A DNA stretch of 64,000 nucleotides. Source: Lytechinus pictus (taxonomy: Eukaryota). The position numbers were made by a program, and so were the translations under genes. Location of the stretch: the NCBI RefSeq assembly GCF_037042905.1, contig NC_087251.1, forward strand, positions 15,316,001-15,380,000. The letters run 5' to 3'. Below are positions 51,618 to 63,775 of the stretch, piece by piece. Numbering within the stretch: position 1 is the stretch's first letter; each line of letters begins with the position of its first letter. The notes under the pieces are model-generated. The model was not told the origin of the DNA. It did no database searches and saw only the letters and a list, made by a program, of their open reading frames with translations.

Positions 51618-51814
51618 GTAAGTCCATTCATATTTTCCATCAGGTTTGGTGTTGGTGCTCTCAATATTGTGTGTGTGGGTGAATATTGACATGTGGTTGC
51701 TAAATAATGTGGGGTATGGATAAGAAAATCATTTTTTAATAGCTTGGTGTTGTGTTCTACTCATTTTATGTGTTGCTGTGTATTTTGATATATAGAATTG
51801 ATTTTTCAGGCCTG

Positions 51815-52440
51815 TGTGTTCTGGTGGATGTGTTCAGATGTGTGTGGGTGAGTGTTTTGATGTACGAAGTGATTCGTCAAATGGATTTGCTCTGGTAGAT
51901 GTGTGTGGGTGTGTGTGTGGGTGAGTGTTTTTTATAATGGAAGTGAATTGTGATATGTTCTGGTGGATGTAATCAGATGTGTGTGGGTTAGTGTTTTGAC
52001 GTATAGAAGTGATTTGTCAAATGGATATGATTTGGTAGATGTGTGTGGGTGAGTGTTTTTATAATGGAAGTGAATTGTGATATGGATGTGTTCTGGTGGA
52101 TGTGTTCAGATGTGTGTGGGTGAGTGTTTTGATGTATGGAAGTGATTTGTCAAAGGGATATGCTCTGGTAGATGTGTGTGGGTGTGTGTGTGGGTGAGTG
52201 TTTTTATAATGGAAGTGAATTGTGATATGTTCTGGTGGATGTAATCAGATGTGTGTGGGTTAGTGTTTTGACGTATAGAAGTGATTTGTCAAATGGATAT
52301 GATTTGGTAGATGTGTGTGGGTGTGTGTTGGTGAGTGTTTTTATAATGGAAGTGAATTGTGATATGGATATGTTCTGGTGGATGTGTTTGTTGCTGTATA
52401 TTTTGATGTATGGACGCAATTTGTTTGATGGGTGTCTTTT
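51815..52440. repeat. GT-rich minisatellite (~60-75 bp units) with a ~272-bp higher-order duplication
   Basis: GATGTGTGTGGGTGAGTGTTTT...GAAGTGA units; ~51889-52051 recurs at ~52161-52322. Confidence 0.85.
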
Positions 52441-52754
52441 GGTGGGTGTGTGCATAGAGGTATGTGTTTACTATAAAGAATTGATGTGTTAGGTGGGTGT
52501 GTTCTGGCATTGTGTCTGTGGGCATTTGCTTTTTTGTATGACAGTAATTTGTCAGTTGTCTATGTTTTTGGGTATGAAAGTGTTTTGCATATTTGTTATA
52601 TTCTGGTATGTACGTGTGTTCTGGTCAATGTGTGTGTTTGGATTCACTCAGTGATTTATGGAAGTGATTTGATTTTGAAATGGATGGGTCTAAACGTGCA
52701 GGTGGCTTTGATGAGTGGAAATACTGGTGTATGCAATATGTTGTATTGTTTTAT

Positions 52755-52939
52755 CAGGGGAGTGTGAGAGTTCAGATTTTTATCTGATTTCAGATTTTTT
52801 GTTTTGATTTTCAGCTTAATTTCAGCTTATTTTTGGCCTTCCTCTGTACAAAAAGTATGGGAGCTCTTTCTATTTCAGACTTTTTCAACACTCTTCAGCT
52901 TTTTTCAGATCTTTTTATTTGTGACCACTCACACCCCTG
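52755..52939. mobile_element. MITE with CAGGGG ends, 6-bp TSD and internal TTCAG repeats
   Basis: TTTTAT|CAGGGGAGTGTGAG ... CTCACACCCCTG|TTTTAT. Confidence 0.7.
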
Positions 52940-53057
52940 TTTTATAGACCTCTTTGTGTGTCAAATCTGATTACTTATGTCTGTCAATTAGGAATGACTT
53001 TGATTTCAACCTCACTTTCCAAAGATTTCTAGCCATCTTCTTATTGTCTTATACCAG

Positions 53058-53188
53058 GTACCACTTTGCTTGTTCAAAAGAGAGAAAGAGATTGCTCGTA
53101 AACTCGAGTTTGATGGTCAGTGGATAACTGAACAGCCGACTAGAGATGACATCAAAGGCCAGTGGGATTCCCTTGCCATAAGCACTGT
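53058..53188 (+). CDS. RyR: RyR exon: [43 protein letters not shown](V)
   Basis: taccag / GTAAGT. Confidence 0.98.
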
Positions 53189-53427
53189 GTAAGTATCAGT
53201 CACATTCGAGAACATTTCTTTAAATCTCAACTATTTTCATTTTATCATCTCTTCATGGGAAGTATATCTCTGATAAATTGACATTTGCACAGCAACCAAG
53301 ATGTAAATGAGAGCATTGTGACATCTCGGGCCAACAGCTCAATGACAAGTGAAATATGAAAATATACATTTGAAGCCATTAGAAGCAGAACATTAATTAA
53401 CATTCGTATGTTTTATTTCCATTATAG

Positions 53428-53470
53428 CTCTTTCCCTGTGTATTACTGGGACAAGTTTGTCAAGAAGAAG
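53428..53470 (+). CDS. RyR: RyR exon: SFPVYYWDKFVKKK
   Basis: ttatag / GTAAAT. Confidence 0.97.
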
Positions 53471-53838
53471 GTAAATACCTGTTTGATATTGATGGTATGT
53501 GGGTTTTTTTATGGAGCGAATGGTGCTGATGGATTGCCTTTAAGCTTGGTATCTCATTGCCTGAATATAAGTAATCATTTGACTCATCATGCAGGTCAAA
53601 TACATTTACTGTGATTTAAAAATTTTACTTGAGATTTAATTGTTACCTATAATTATAACATCTTGAATAACTATATATTGGTATTTACCTCACCAAAATT
53701 AAATGAGCACAATTACTTATTGGTAATTTGTTGTTCCCTTCTGTAATTTATTAGATGTAACTATTTGATTGTCTTTCCTTCTTTATGAATATACAAAGTA
53801 CATGTTTCAGCTTTGATTGATGTGGCATTTGATCATAG

Positions 53839-53966
53839 GTTTTGAAGAAGTATGAAGATGCAGTGGGAGAGGAGAAGTTATGTGCTATGTTGGGCATGGA
53901 GGTTGGTGAGAACCCAATGGCTGGCAACCCGACAGAAAACCCAAACCAGGGTCTCTTCAGCTCAAT
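53839..53966 (+). CDS. RyR: RyR exon: VLKKYEDAVGEEKLCAMLGME...GLFSS(M)
   Basis: tcatag / GTAAGT. Confidence 0.93.
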
Positions 53967-54496
53967 GTAAGTTGCAGGGTACTAATTTTGCACAACTTTG
54001 AGCTCTAAAGGTGGGTCACCCACCCCAACCCCATTCTGGGTCTGAACTTGGTTAGATTATACTTGTTTTCTCTCTCTTTCATATCTCACTAATTTCATTT
54101 TATCTCTCTTGTATACCTTACCTCTGTTTATTACAATGTTTATCTTTTATTTACTTTCTATTTTTGAATAGATCTTTCTCTTTTCTCTGTCTTGCTCTCT
54201 CTATCTATGTACATTATAATCACTACGTTTTTTTCTCTCATTTCTCCTACTCTCTTACATAATTCACTTCTGTCACTTTCTCCAGTAACTGTTGTCCTTT
54301 GCCCTACAACAGAAGAGATACAACAAAATTTACATTCCAAGTGTAAATCTCTAGCAATCCATGAAAAAAATCATTTGTAAATATTCATTAATCGTACACT
54401 CTGGTATTAGTGGTTTGTCGGATCAAGACTGTAGACTATAAACCAGTATACTATTTGATTCCACATTTGAATTCTTTATCTTTATCAATTGTTCAG

Positions 54497-54557
54497 GCTT
54501 ACATCTCTAGATTGGAAGTATCACATCTGGAAGTGTGGTGTGATTGGAACTGATAAT
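54497..54557 (+). CDS. RyR: RyR exon: LTSLDWKYHIWKCGVIGTDN
   Basis: gttcag / GTAAGT. Confidence 0.96.
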
Positions 54558-54701
54558 GTAAGTATGCTTCTTTTAGATAACAGAATTGTTATTGAGTAAA
54601 TATAAAATGGTATATCAGTAGGACAGAATTTTAGCTTACATTGTTCAATTTTAAATTTTTCTCTTTTTTTAATCTTTTATCCTTACCTCTTCTCTTTTCA
54701 G

Positions 54702-54848
54702 TCTTTTTTGTACATTGCTTGGTACCTTCTCTTCTCACTTCTCGGCCATGTCAACCACTTCTTCTTTGCTGCTCATCTCCTTGACATCGCCATGGGCTTC
54801 AAGACACTCAGGACTGTCCTTCAGTCTGTCACGCACAATGGCAAACAG
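54702..54848 (+). CDS. RyR: RyR exon, S3-S4 and S4-S5 linker: [16 protein letters not shown]...[25 protein letters not shown]
   Basis: ttttcag / GTTAGT. Confidence 0.98.
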
Positions 54849-55031
54849 GTTAGTCCAAAGCTTTAGAGATCATAAGTTCAAAGTTCATAGGGAGTATAAA
54901 ACATTAATAGTACTAAAAAAAATGATGAGGTGTCATGTGGGCGGTTGTCGTAGTTAAGGGATGAACTCCTATAACTGATGATTAGCCGTAGCGTATGGTT
55001 GTAACTATGTCTTTGATGTGTCTTTGTGCAG

Positions 55032-55163
55032 TTGGTGCTTACCCTGATGATGACCTGTGTGATCATCTACCTGTACACAGTCGTTGCCTTTAACTTCTTC
55101 AGGAAGTTCTACACCAAAGACGAAGAGGGAGAGATAGATTATAAATGCCACAATATGATGTCT
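55032..55163 (+). CDS. RyR: RyR exon, S5: [44 protein letters not shown]
   Basis: gtgcag / GTAAGT. Confidence 0.98.
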
Positions 55164-55342
55164 GTAAGTATTATCCGTTTTCAATGTTTCTACCAATTTT
55201 TTAGTCTCTCTAGCTATGAAACCAAGTAGAAAATTAAGTCGAGATTGATTAAAAGATGTCTGTTGGTATAACAAGGGAAGCAGATGTGTGGAATTTAGCA
55301 GGGGTCGGAAGGGAGCAAAAATTGTTGTTCAATATACTTTTT

Positions 55343-56307
55343 TGGATGGATGGATGGATGGGTGGGTGGGTGGATGGGTGGATGGGTGGATGGGTGGGTG
55401 GGTGGATGGATGGATGGATGGATGGATGGATGGATGGATGGATGGATGGATGGATGGATGGATGGATGGATGGATGGATGGATGGATGGATGGATGGATG
55501 GATGGATGGATGGATGGATGGATGGATGGATGGATGGATGGATGGATGGATGGATGGATGGATGGATGGATGGATGGATGGATGGATGGATGGATGGATG
55601 GATGGATGGATGGATGGATGGATGGATGGATGGATGGATGGATGGATGGATGGATGGATGGATGGATGGATGGATGGATGGATGGATGGATGGATGGATG
55701 GATGGATGGATGGATGGATGGATGGATGGATGGATGGATGGATGGATGGATGGATGGATGGATGGATGGATGGATGGATGGATGGATGGATGGATGGATG
55801 GATGGATGGATGGATGGATGGATGGATGGATGGATGGATGGATGGATGGATGGATGGATGGATGGATGGATGGATGGATGGATGGATGGATGGATGGATG
55901 GATGGATGGATGGATGGATGGATGGATGGATGGATGGATGGATGGATGGATGGATGGATGGATGGATGGATGGATGGATGGATGGATGGATGGATGGATG
56001 GATGGATGGATGGATGGATGGATGGATGGATGGATGGATGGATGGATGGATGGATGGATGGATGGATGGATGGATGGATGGATGGATGGATGGATGGATG
56101 GATGGATGGATGGATGGATGGATGGATGGATGGATGGATGGATGGATGGATGGATGGATGGATGGATGGATGGATGGATGGGTGGGTGGGTGGGTGGGTG
56201 GGTGGGTGGGGTGGGGTGGGGTGGGGTGGGGTGGGGTGGGGTGGGGTGGGATGGGATGGGATGGGATGGGATGGGATGGGATGGGATGGGATGGGATGGG
56301 ATGGGAT
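55343..56307. repeat. ~1 kb (GGAT)n tetranucleotide array grading into (GGGT)n, (GGGGT)n and (GGGAT)n
   Basis: Direct reading; source of the WMDG/HPSI ORFs. Confidence 0.98.
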
Positions 56308-56670
56308 GTGGGTGGCGAAGAGAGTGAGTGATTTGTCCATGAGTGATGCTCATACTGCGTGCAGCGTTTCAATAGAACATGGTGAAAGCGGATCTCGTAT
56401 TTTAGTTATATTTCTCTAAAAATGATTTTAAAAATGATCATAACTCAGTAGATTAACTTGCAGTAGAAATCAATACAAATTTCATATAATTTATGTTTAT
56501 GAATTTCTTATATTTTATGCATCCTTGTCCTTGCACATGTTGTTCATTTGAGGTTAGATTATTATTCTGAGTAGTTGAAGCACATCTGCATCTATTTCCA
56601 TAAATTTGCCTTATGCTATATCTGAAATTTTGGAGCTTATTTTTTGTTTACTTTGTTAATCTATTTGCAG

Positions 56671-56719
56671 TGTTTTGTCTTCCATCTTCATTCTGGTTTA
56701 AGAGCTGGTGGTGGCATTG
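56671..56719 (+). CDS. RyR: RyR exon, pore helix/filter: CFVFHLHSGLRAGGGI(A)
   Basis: ttgcag / GTAAGT; phase 0->1. Confidence 0.97.
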
Positions 56720-58007
56720 GTAAGTAAATCAAAAAGAGGAAAAAAAGTTGAATGAAAGTTGTTGAAGAGATAGGAGGGTGAGGGTGTGTGTGTGCATTTA
56801 CTAATTGAACTGGAGAGAAAACATTTCAATAATGAAAAAGTTATTTAGAATGAAATTTCTTGAATGAACACATTATGTAATTGTTTATATTGCTGAGTGA
56901 GGGTGTTTATATATGTGTCTCTCTCTCCCCATCCCCCCCTCTCTCTCTCTCTCTCTCTCTATGTACACATGCATTCAATAGACATCTTGCAAGCCCAAAT
57001 GTGGTTGGTAGTTATCAGAATAGAGAATGTAAAGAATGATTAAACATTGAAAAGGAAGTAAGGTGTGGTCACCTTTGTATTACAAATAAGTTGTATGTGG
57101 GGATGGATAAGTGGATGAGCTTTGTGTATGTGGGTGTAGAGGTGTTCTAGGTGGGTAGATAAAATACTGGAGATGCAGAAATTATGTCTATTATCATTTC
57201 ATATACATTAAATGTATAGTATTGATCTTCCTATATCAATATGTATGTATGTGTCAATGTCTTTCATCTTTATGCCTCTGCCTGACATCAGCGGGAGTAA
57301 AATAGCTTGCTCTTTAACTTCATGCCATGTACGCATGGTATTTGGTTCATGTATATGATCGTGAAGATGATAAAAAAGTAGTAAATTTGGGATTATAATG
57401 GTGTAGGTCAAGGTCATAGGTAAACTAACTTCAGAATTTTGATTGTACTTATAATAAGTTAATAGTTATTATTTGATATCTTTACTTCCATGCTTGGCTG
57501 ATGTTTTATTATGGCTGTGACATTGACCTGACTAAACATTATGTATATGAGGTCATAGGTCATAGGTCATTTTATAGTAAGTAAGTATGTTGTTGACTGA
57601 TCAACCTCATACTTGACTCATGTGTGTATGAGAGTAACAATAATTGATTAGATTTTAGAATCATAGGATCGGGTTTGCACCATGAAATTATCTAATTAGT
57701 CATCGGTTTAAAGATCAGAATGTCTGCGTCATTATGAACTTGATTGTGAGGTCAAAGGTCAAATTCCTTTATTAAACATATCTAAAGTCACTTATGATAA
57801 GTTTTGAACCAGTTGGTGAATAGAAGTGAGATTTCATTCATTTCTGTATATGATCCTACACATTTTATAAGATCAAATTGCACATGTCACAGAGCTCGTT
57901 ATCAAATATGAGGTCCCGTTTTTGTTATATTCTTGAGAAAATTCTACAGTATGCAGAAATGGCAAAGATTTAATATAAACAAAATAATTGTTACTTTTTT
58001 AATGCAG

Positions 58008-58115
58008 CTGATGAGATAGAACCACCTGACGGTGATGACTATGAGCTCTACCGGATCATCTTTGACATCACCTTCTTTTTCTTTGTCATTGTCATTCTTC
58101 TTGCCATCATCCAGG
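58008..58115 (+). CDS. RyR: RyR exon, S6: (A)[35 protein letters not shown](G)
   Basis: aatgcag / GTATGT. Confidence 0.98.
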
Positions 58116-59088
58116 GTATGTCCATTCTGGAAACAGAAAGAAGATCAGGGTGCAAGTCATTGTTAAAATGCAATGATTTGCCCCTCTGTTTTTTCATCTT
58201 TTATTCCTTTTTTAAAAAAATTGTACTTCTCATGTTTTTATCATATTTTTTTTATTTCTCAAGTTTTATTTTTATACATATTTTTGTGGGGTTTTTTTTA
58301 TTTGGTTATTTGCTTTGTATATTTGAATTTTTGTTGCTTTTTTTAGTTTCATGTTTGATTCATAATTAATTTGTATTTTTGGGGGTTTGTAATTTAGTTC
58401 TTTTATTTTATTTTATCATTTTATTCATTATTTGTTTATTTAGTATTGTTGTATTTTTATAATTTTAAAATTTATTGTATTCTTTTTCTGTTTGGATTTT
58501 CTTTCGGCAGGGGGGGGGGGGAAGGTTTCAGATCATACAGATAACACTGCTTTTAGAAACTTTTAGTGAGGCATTGGTTATGTTCTCCTCTTGGTTAAGT
58601 CACTGTAAACCAACAGATAAGGGGTTCATATTCCTGCTGCAGTGCTTTGAATTATTTGGCAAGACATTAATCTACTTTTGCTTTATTTAACAAAGGTGTG
58701 TTAATTGATTATCTTGTTTTCACTAGTAAATATTTTCCTTGAATGCACCAAGTGCTAAAAACTCTGGCATTATAGAAATAGAGACATGGTGATGATATTT
58801 TTATCTATACAACATCATATTATTTTGAGAAGAAATTTGCCATGTAACATGAAAAATACATGTACAGTGAATCATTCAATTGAACTTAACTTTAAGTCAA
58901 TGGCAAGCAATGTACCAGTCTATCACTAATAATCTTGTCTCTATATGTTACATTTCCTGACATTTACTCCGGTATTAATTAGTCTGAAGGTTAGTTAGGT
59001 TTAGAATTCAAACAAATACATGTTGAATTTTTGATGACATGTCTTGTGGAATAGTAATTGGATGATCTTGTTTCTATCGCTGTTTCAG

Positions 59089-59153
59089 GTCTGATCATTG
59101 ATGCCTTTGGTGAATTGAGAGATCAGCTGGAGCAGGTCAAAGAGGACATGGAG
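59089..59153 (+). CDS. RyR: RyR exon: (G)[21 protein letters not shown]
   Basis: tttcag / GTAAGA. Confidence 0.98.
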
Positions 59154-59550
59154 GTAAGATTTCCTTAAATCTCATGGGCTGTGTGCACGAGACCATCTTT
59201 TACAGTAGTCAAAGGTCGAAGTAATTAAAAATTAGAGAAATTATAAAATGGACATTGAGTTGGTGTGAGAAGATGCTTGTTGTGCAGACCATAAAACAGG
59301 GAAAATGGTATGAAGCCTGCTGTTTGTTTTATAGTTGTATAGTTTTTTATTGATTTTTTAATGTTATCTTTCGTTTCTTTTTCTTTCAGTAGTTTTATCC
59401 ACTCAATTCACTTCTGGTATATGATTAGGAATACAAATTTGAGGGGTTCCAATGAATTTTATTGTTCATTTGATTTGTAAATTTTCAATTCCTTATGTTT
59501 TATGTTGGGTTAGTAATTTGCCACACTCAATTCATCTTATTTATCCACAG

Positions 59551-59651
59551 ACCAAGTGTTTCATATGTAGCATTGGGAGGGAGTATTTTGATAAGCTTCC
59601 TCATGGATTTGAGCTACACACATCTAAGGAGCATGATCTCTCCAATTACAT
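59551..59651 (+). CDS. RyR: RyR exon, CTD Zn finger: [33 protein letters not shown](M)
   Basis: ccacag / GTAAGT; C-x2-C...H...H motif. Confidence 0.98.
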
Positions 59652-60788
59652 GTAAGTATTGGCAGTTATCACAGTGTGTGCTTCAACGTTCTCGCTACCA
59701 CGGGTCACGGTTGGCGGGCACCGCCAACCCTGAAAATTTTCAGAGCAAATCCGCCAACCGTGAACTTCCCCGACAACTGTAAAACAGGCCTAGATCTACA
59801 CAAAAAAATGAATAATATATTTAAAAAAAAAACAATCTGCTTTTCAGATCCTAAAATAAACTTGTCGATTATTTCGTCACAGATTTCTTCCCAGGATTTC
59901 TTTGACTCGCTACTAATCTGTATACGATACGACCTCGGCTCGAGGCCCGTAGGAAGCGCGAAGACGTTTACCTCGATTTGCGTATCGCATTGCTCACATT
60001 ATTTACGGTACCGGTACGTCTTTAAAATGGTAGTAAATACCGGTACGCTAAAAAATAAAGTGAGGGGAGAGGGGTACCGTGGGTTACTGGGTTGGGCAAT
60101 GTAATTTAGATGCTACGAATTTCAGTTGATATTGTCACTTATTTTGTCAAAAGTAAAGTGTCTCAAAAATAACATAAAAATTCGATCGAAACTTAGTTTC
60201 ATCTCGTCCCAGTCCCCAGCCTTGTATAGCTACATCTACATGAATTCATTGAATGCATTTCTGATGACACTGCCGTAGAGCGAATTGAGAAAATTATTAA
60301 AAGATCACGTTAATAATGTCCAACTCATTTACTTACAGCAAAATGATTTATTCACATTTATATTCCGATTTTACTCCATAATTTCCAAAGTCTTGATCTC
60401 TACATCGATCTTTTGAAAGTGTTGATTAATTTTGCGACGGTGTGTCTACCAAGTTCTGTGTCACTGCACTCGCGCTCGCCACGGCCACATAAATACAAAT
60501 CGCTCATGGCATCAAAATCCTTGATCCGCGTCTTCCAAAATTAGATGGGATCCAAAACTGATTTAATTTGAATGTTTTTTTTTTTTTTTCAGATATTCAT
60601 TGAATCTGTTATAATTTTCATAAGTAATAATCCTTATTAATATTATTCACACTTTTTATCATATTACCATTTATTTTTTATGTGAGTTATACGTAGTGTA
60701 TTTTCATTTGTATTGTTCTTTATTACTCTTTGCCTGCCAATTAAATAATGAACGGTCCTGAGAAATGTTTTTAGTCATCACAGTGAAT

Positions 60789-61014
60789 CACTAGCGTACC
60801 TACAGGGGGGCGGCAGACTGCCCCCCCCCCCAACCCCCCCCCCCCCCCCCCCCCGTCCCCTGACGAGTCATAACTGATCCCTGGCCGCTCCTTTGTTTTT
60901 TCTGGTACGAAATCCTTTATTTGTGGTTGAAAACCTTTTTTTGCTTGTCAATTTTTTTGGCGGACGAATTTGCCCCCCCCCCCCCCCCTGTGGAAAATCC
61001 TAGGTACGCCACTG
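60789..61014. mobile_element. hAT-type MITE nested in the 3.6-kb element
   Basis: 8-bp TSD CAGTGAAT; ends CACTAGCGTACCTA / TAGGTACGCCACTG. Confidence 0.85.
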
Positions 61015-61319
61015 CAGTGAATGCTTCATGAATTTGTTGTACAATTGCTTAACAACTCCCGGTAACAACTACGATTTAAAATAAAATATTATTTGAAATT
61101 AATTTGTGTAAATGATAAAGAGAATAATGGGAGGTGGTCGTGGGCAATGTAAATGAAACCGATGGGATTTTTGTGACTTTGTGGGGGAGGGGATTGGCGA
61201 AAAGAAGTCAATGTTCGGAGCGAATGAAATTAATATTCATTTAAGGATGTGTCTTCTGTGATTGTGGCTGCATAATCTTTATAAAGTGGAATTGACAATT
61301 CATTCACAGATATTCATTT

Positions 61320-61489
61320 CAGGGGCCGCGGAAACAGGGGGGGGGGGCTGGGTGGGTTTCAGCCCCTTCCCCCTCCCCCCACTTTTTTTCCCAAAACCGT
61401 GTACAAAAACATAAAGTGGACCACCTGATTGTGTTTTTTGCATGGTCAGCCCCCCCCCCCCCCCTTTCAAGACCTTTCCGCGGCCCCTG
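61320..61489. mobile_element. GC-rich MITE with 5-bp TSD nested in the 3.6-kb element
   Basis: CATTT|CAGGGGCCGCGGAAA ... TTTCCGCGGCCCCTG|CATTT. Confidence 0.88.
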
Positions 61490-63723
61490 CATTTCAAGTA
61501 CGAATTATTGAAGTTGATATATATGTGTGAACGTTTTTAATAGAGGATTATGTATTTCGTTTGTTCACGCCCACATGAGTTGCTAGTATAATTTGAATAT
61601 CGTTGGATGAATTTTTCAATTTCACTCATGTCTTTATATGTTTTATATCGGAATTGTGTTTCATATTGAGTTATCTGGGTTATCTTTACAACTTCGTTAG
61701 CCTAATTAGGCCTACTGCGAGTGGATATTTATGAAAAGAATTGGAATGTGAACGAGACGCCCCAAAGCCGATGCCACGTGAGCTAATTAGTATTCACTTT
61801 CTGGGTTGAGCCAATCATTGTGCTTGAAAACGGGTTTCCCCCAAATTCCCGCCCTTGGAATGTACGTGTGCCATGTGCGTGACCTGTTTACCTGTTGTTT
61901 GAATGCGAATCAGCTGGTTTCGTGACCTCAAATATTCTTCATGTTGTTTACGCTGGATGGGGGCTTTAAAATTAAGAAGATCTTTCTGACTTTTTTTGTC
62001 ATTTTTAATAATCTGTTCGTGAATTTCTGTAACTTAAAAACTGATGCAATTTATTGAATCACGTACCTCGATCTTCCCACTCATGGTGCAAGAAAATATT
62101 TTTGAAATTCAAAATCGCCAAAATATACATTTAAAGAAAGGTTATTCAGCCGTCATCATCAGTAGTAGTATAGACATGTCTATAAATATGCATTCGCTTC
62201 GAATATTGACTTCTTCACCATGCAATCCCGCACACGTACGATTAACATCCCCTTGTCATTGTCCACGCCACGACCCCTCCCCTTTTGCTCAGTCTCTCCC
62301 TTCGACCATCCTAGCTACAACCCCTCCCCCCCCCTTCCTCTCTTTCAAACACGCTGTATTTGTAGGCCTACATAGTACATTATTTAAAAATAGAAATCTG
62401 CTTTCCTGTCAATTAAACTTTACTTTCAAAACATTTTAAATCGCAATTAATTATAATAAGAACAAAATCGTAATATTAATGTATTATTAATGACTAAAAA
62501 TATTTCTCCCACTAGTGATGGGCACATTCATTATTTTATAGGTGAGTGTAGAACAATACAAATGAACATAGCAATAATTGACAGTGATAAACGAATCTTG
62601 ATTGGATATTATTAGTATAAGCATCATCAACAGAAGTCTTATGAGGGTTATAGTTTCATCGAGTATCTGAAAATAAAACAAACATGCAAATTATATAAGT
62701 TGGAGACCCCGTCTCATGAATAACGATGTCCATTATTTGGAAGACTCGGACGTTTTCTTCCGAGGCTTCCAAATAAAGTCGGAACAATCTTTGGATTTAG
62801 CAAGGGCGTGGTGCGGCGCGGCGCAAGCTCAAAGGGCTACGCATGCGATCCGTAGATGAAGTCGGTCATTGACACACATTCACAAAATTAATCGCACTTT
62901 CTGAGGACGTAGCGATCTAGACATTGGAAAGTATGGAGTACATTTATCGATGTTATCGATGTGGTTAAATCTTTAAACTGTAAGTATAAAATGAGATTGA
63001 ATTTAAATCATTTCTTTGCCTTTTTTCATCAGTACTTGCCTTTCTGCTTCAATCGCAATTCACGCAACCGTTACGGCTGTGTGGCCGCGCCGGAGCATTA
63101 AATAGACATAAAAGTGGTGCATTTAGCAGCAATCTAAGCTCGTCGATATTGATGTTTTCGATAGCTACCGCGCTCCGCGCGGGAGGGGGGACACCCCCCT
63201 CCTGAACCCTCCTCTCGTGCGTGCTTCGCACGCACCGAGGCCGCTGCGCGGCTTGCGTCACTTCGCGCCGCCAAGCGTCAGAATGAACCTGGCGAGAACA
63301 TTGGTGTGCTTGTAGAGTAGATATGTGCACTGTACAAATATCTTGTGTTGCTATGTCGTTATTGATACTTTTTACAATAATCACATGAATGTGTACAAAA
63401 AGTCCAAACACAAAACATTTTAAGACAAAAGTGGAAAAAAAAATTACCTGTACAGGGAAAGCTTATAAAAACACAATGCAATATATAGATATATGTGTAT
63501 CCATATGATGCAGTAACATCGTCAGTGTTACTATGATCATATTTAGCTAATTAGTGATGATACTACCCTGGCATACAAAAACATTTGAATAGCTGCGATT
63601 ATTGGATATCCATGTAGTCTACAGGTTTTTCTAGTAATTCTCGGTGGAGAGGCTTTGGATTATGATAAATTTTGATACATTGTCAAGAAATATGATTTTC
63701 CTTAATTGTTTTCATCTATGTAG

Positions 63724-63775
63724 GTTCTTCCTAATGTACCTCATTAACAAGCCAGAGACAGAGCATACTGGCCAG
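63724..63775 (+). CDS. RyR: RyR exon (probably the penultimate coding exon): FFLMYLINKPETEHTGQ
   Basis: tgtag / GTATGT. Confidence 0.96.

Larger units (their letters stand above)
59684..63303. mobile_element. 3.6-kb non-autonomous hAT-type element
   Basis: 8-bp TSD GTGTGCTT on both sides; TIR CAACGTTCTCGC / GCGAGAACATTG; CpG-rich interior; no transposase ORF seen. Confidence 0.85.

Noticed and set aside
55249..56419. Long 325-387 aa ORFs (WMDG/HPSI)
   Set aside because: A (GGAT)n microsatellite has no stop codons in any frame.
56671..58115. Gene being an IP3 receptor because of GLR in the pore motif
   Set aside because: All other segments (EF pair, [39 protein letters not shown]) are RyR-specific.
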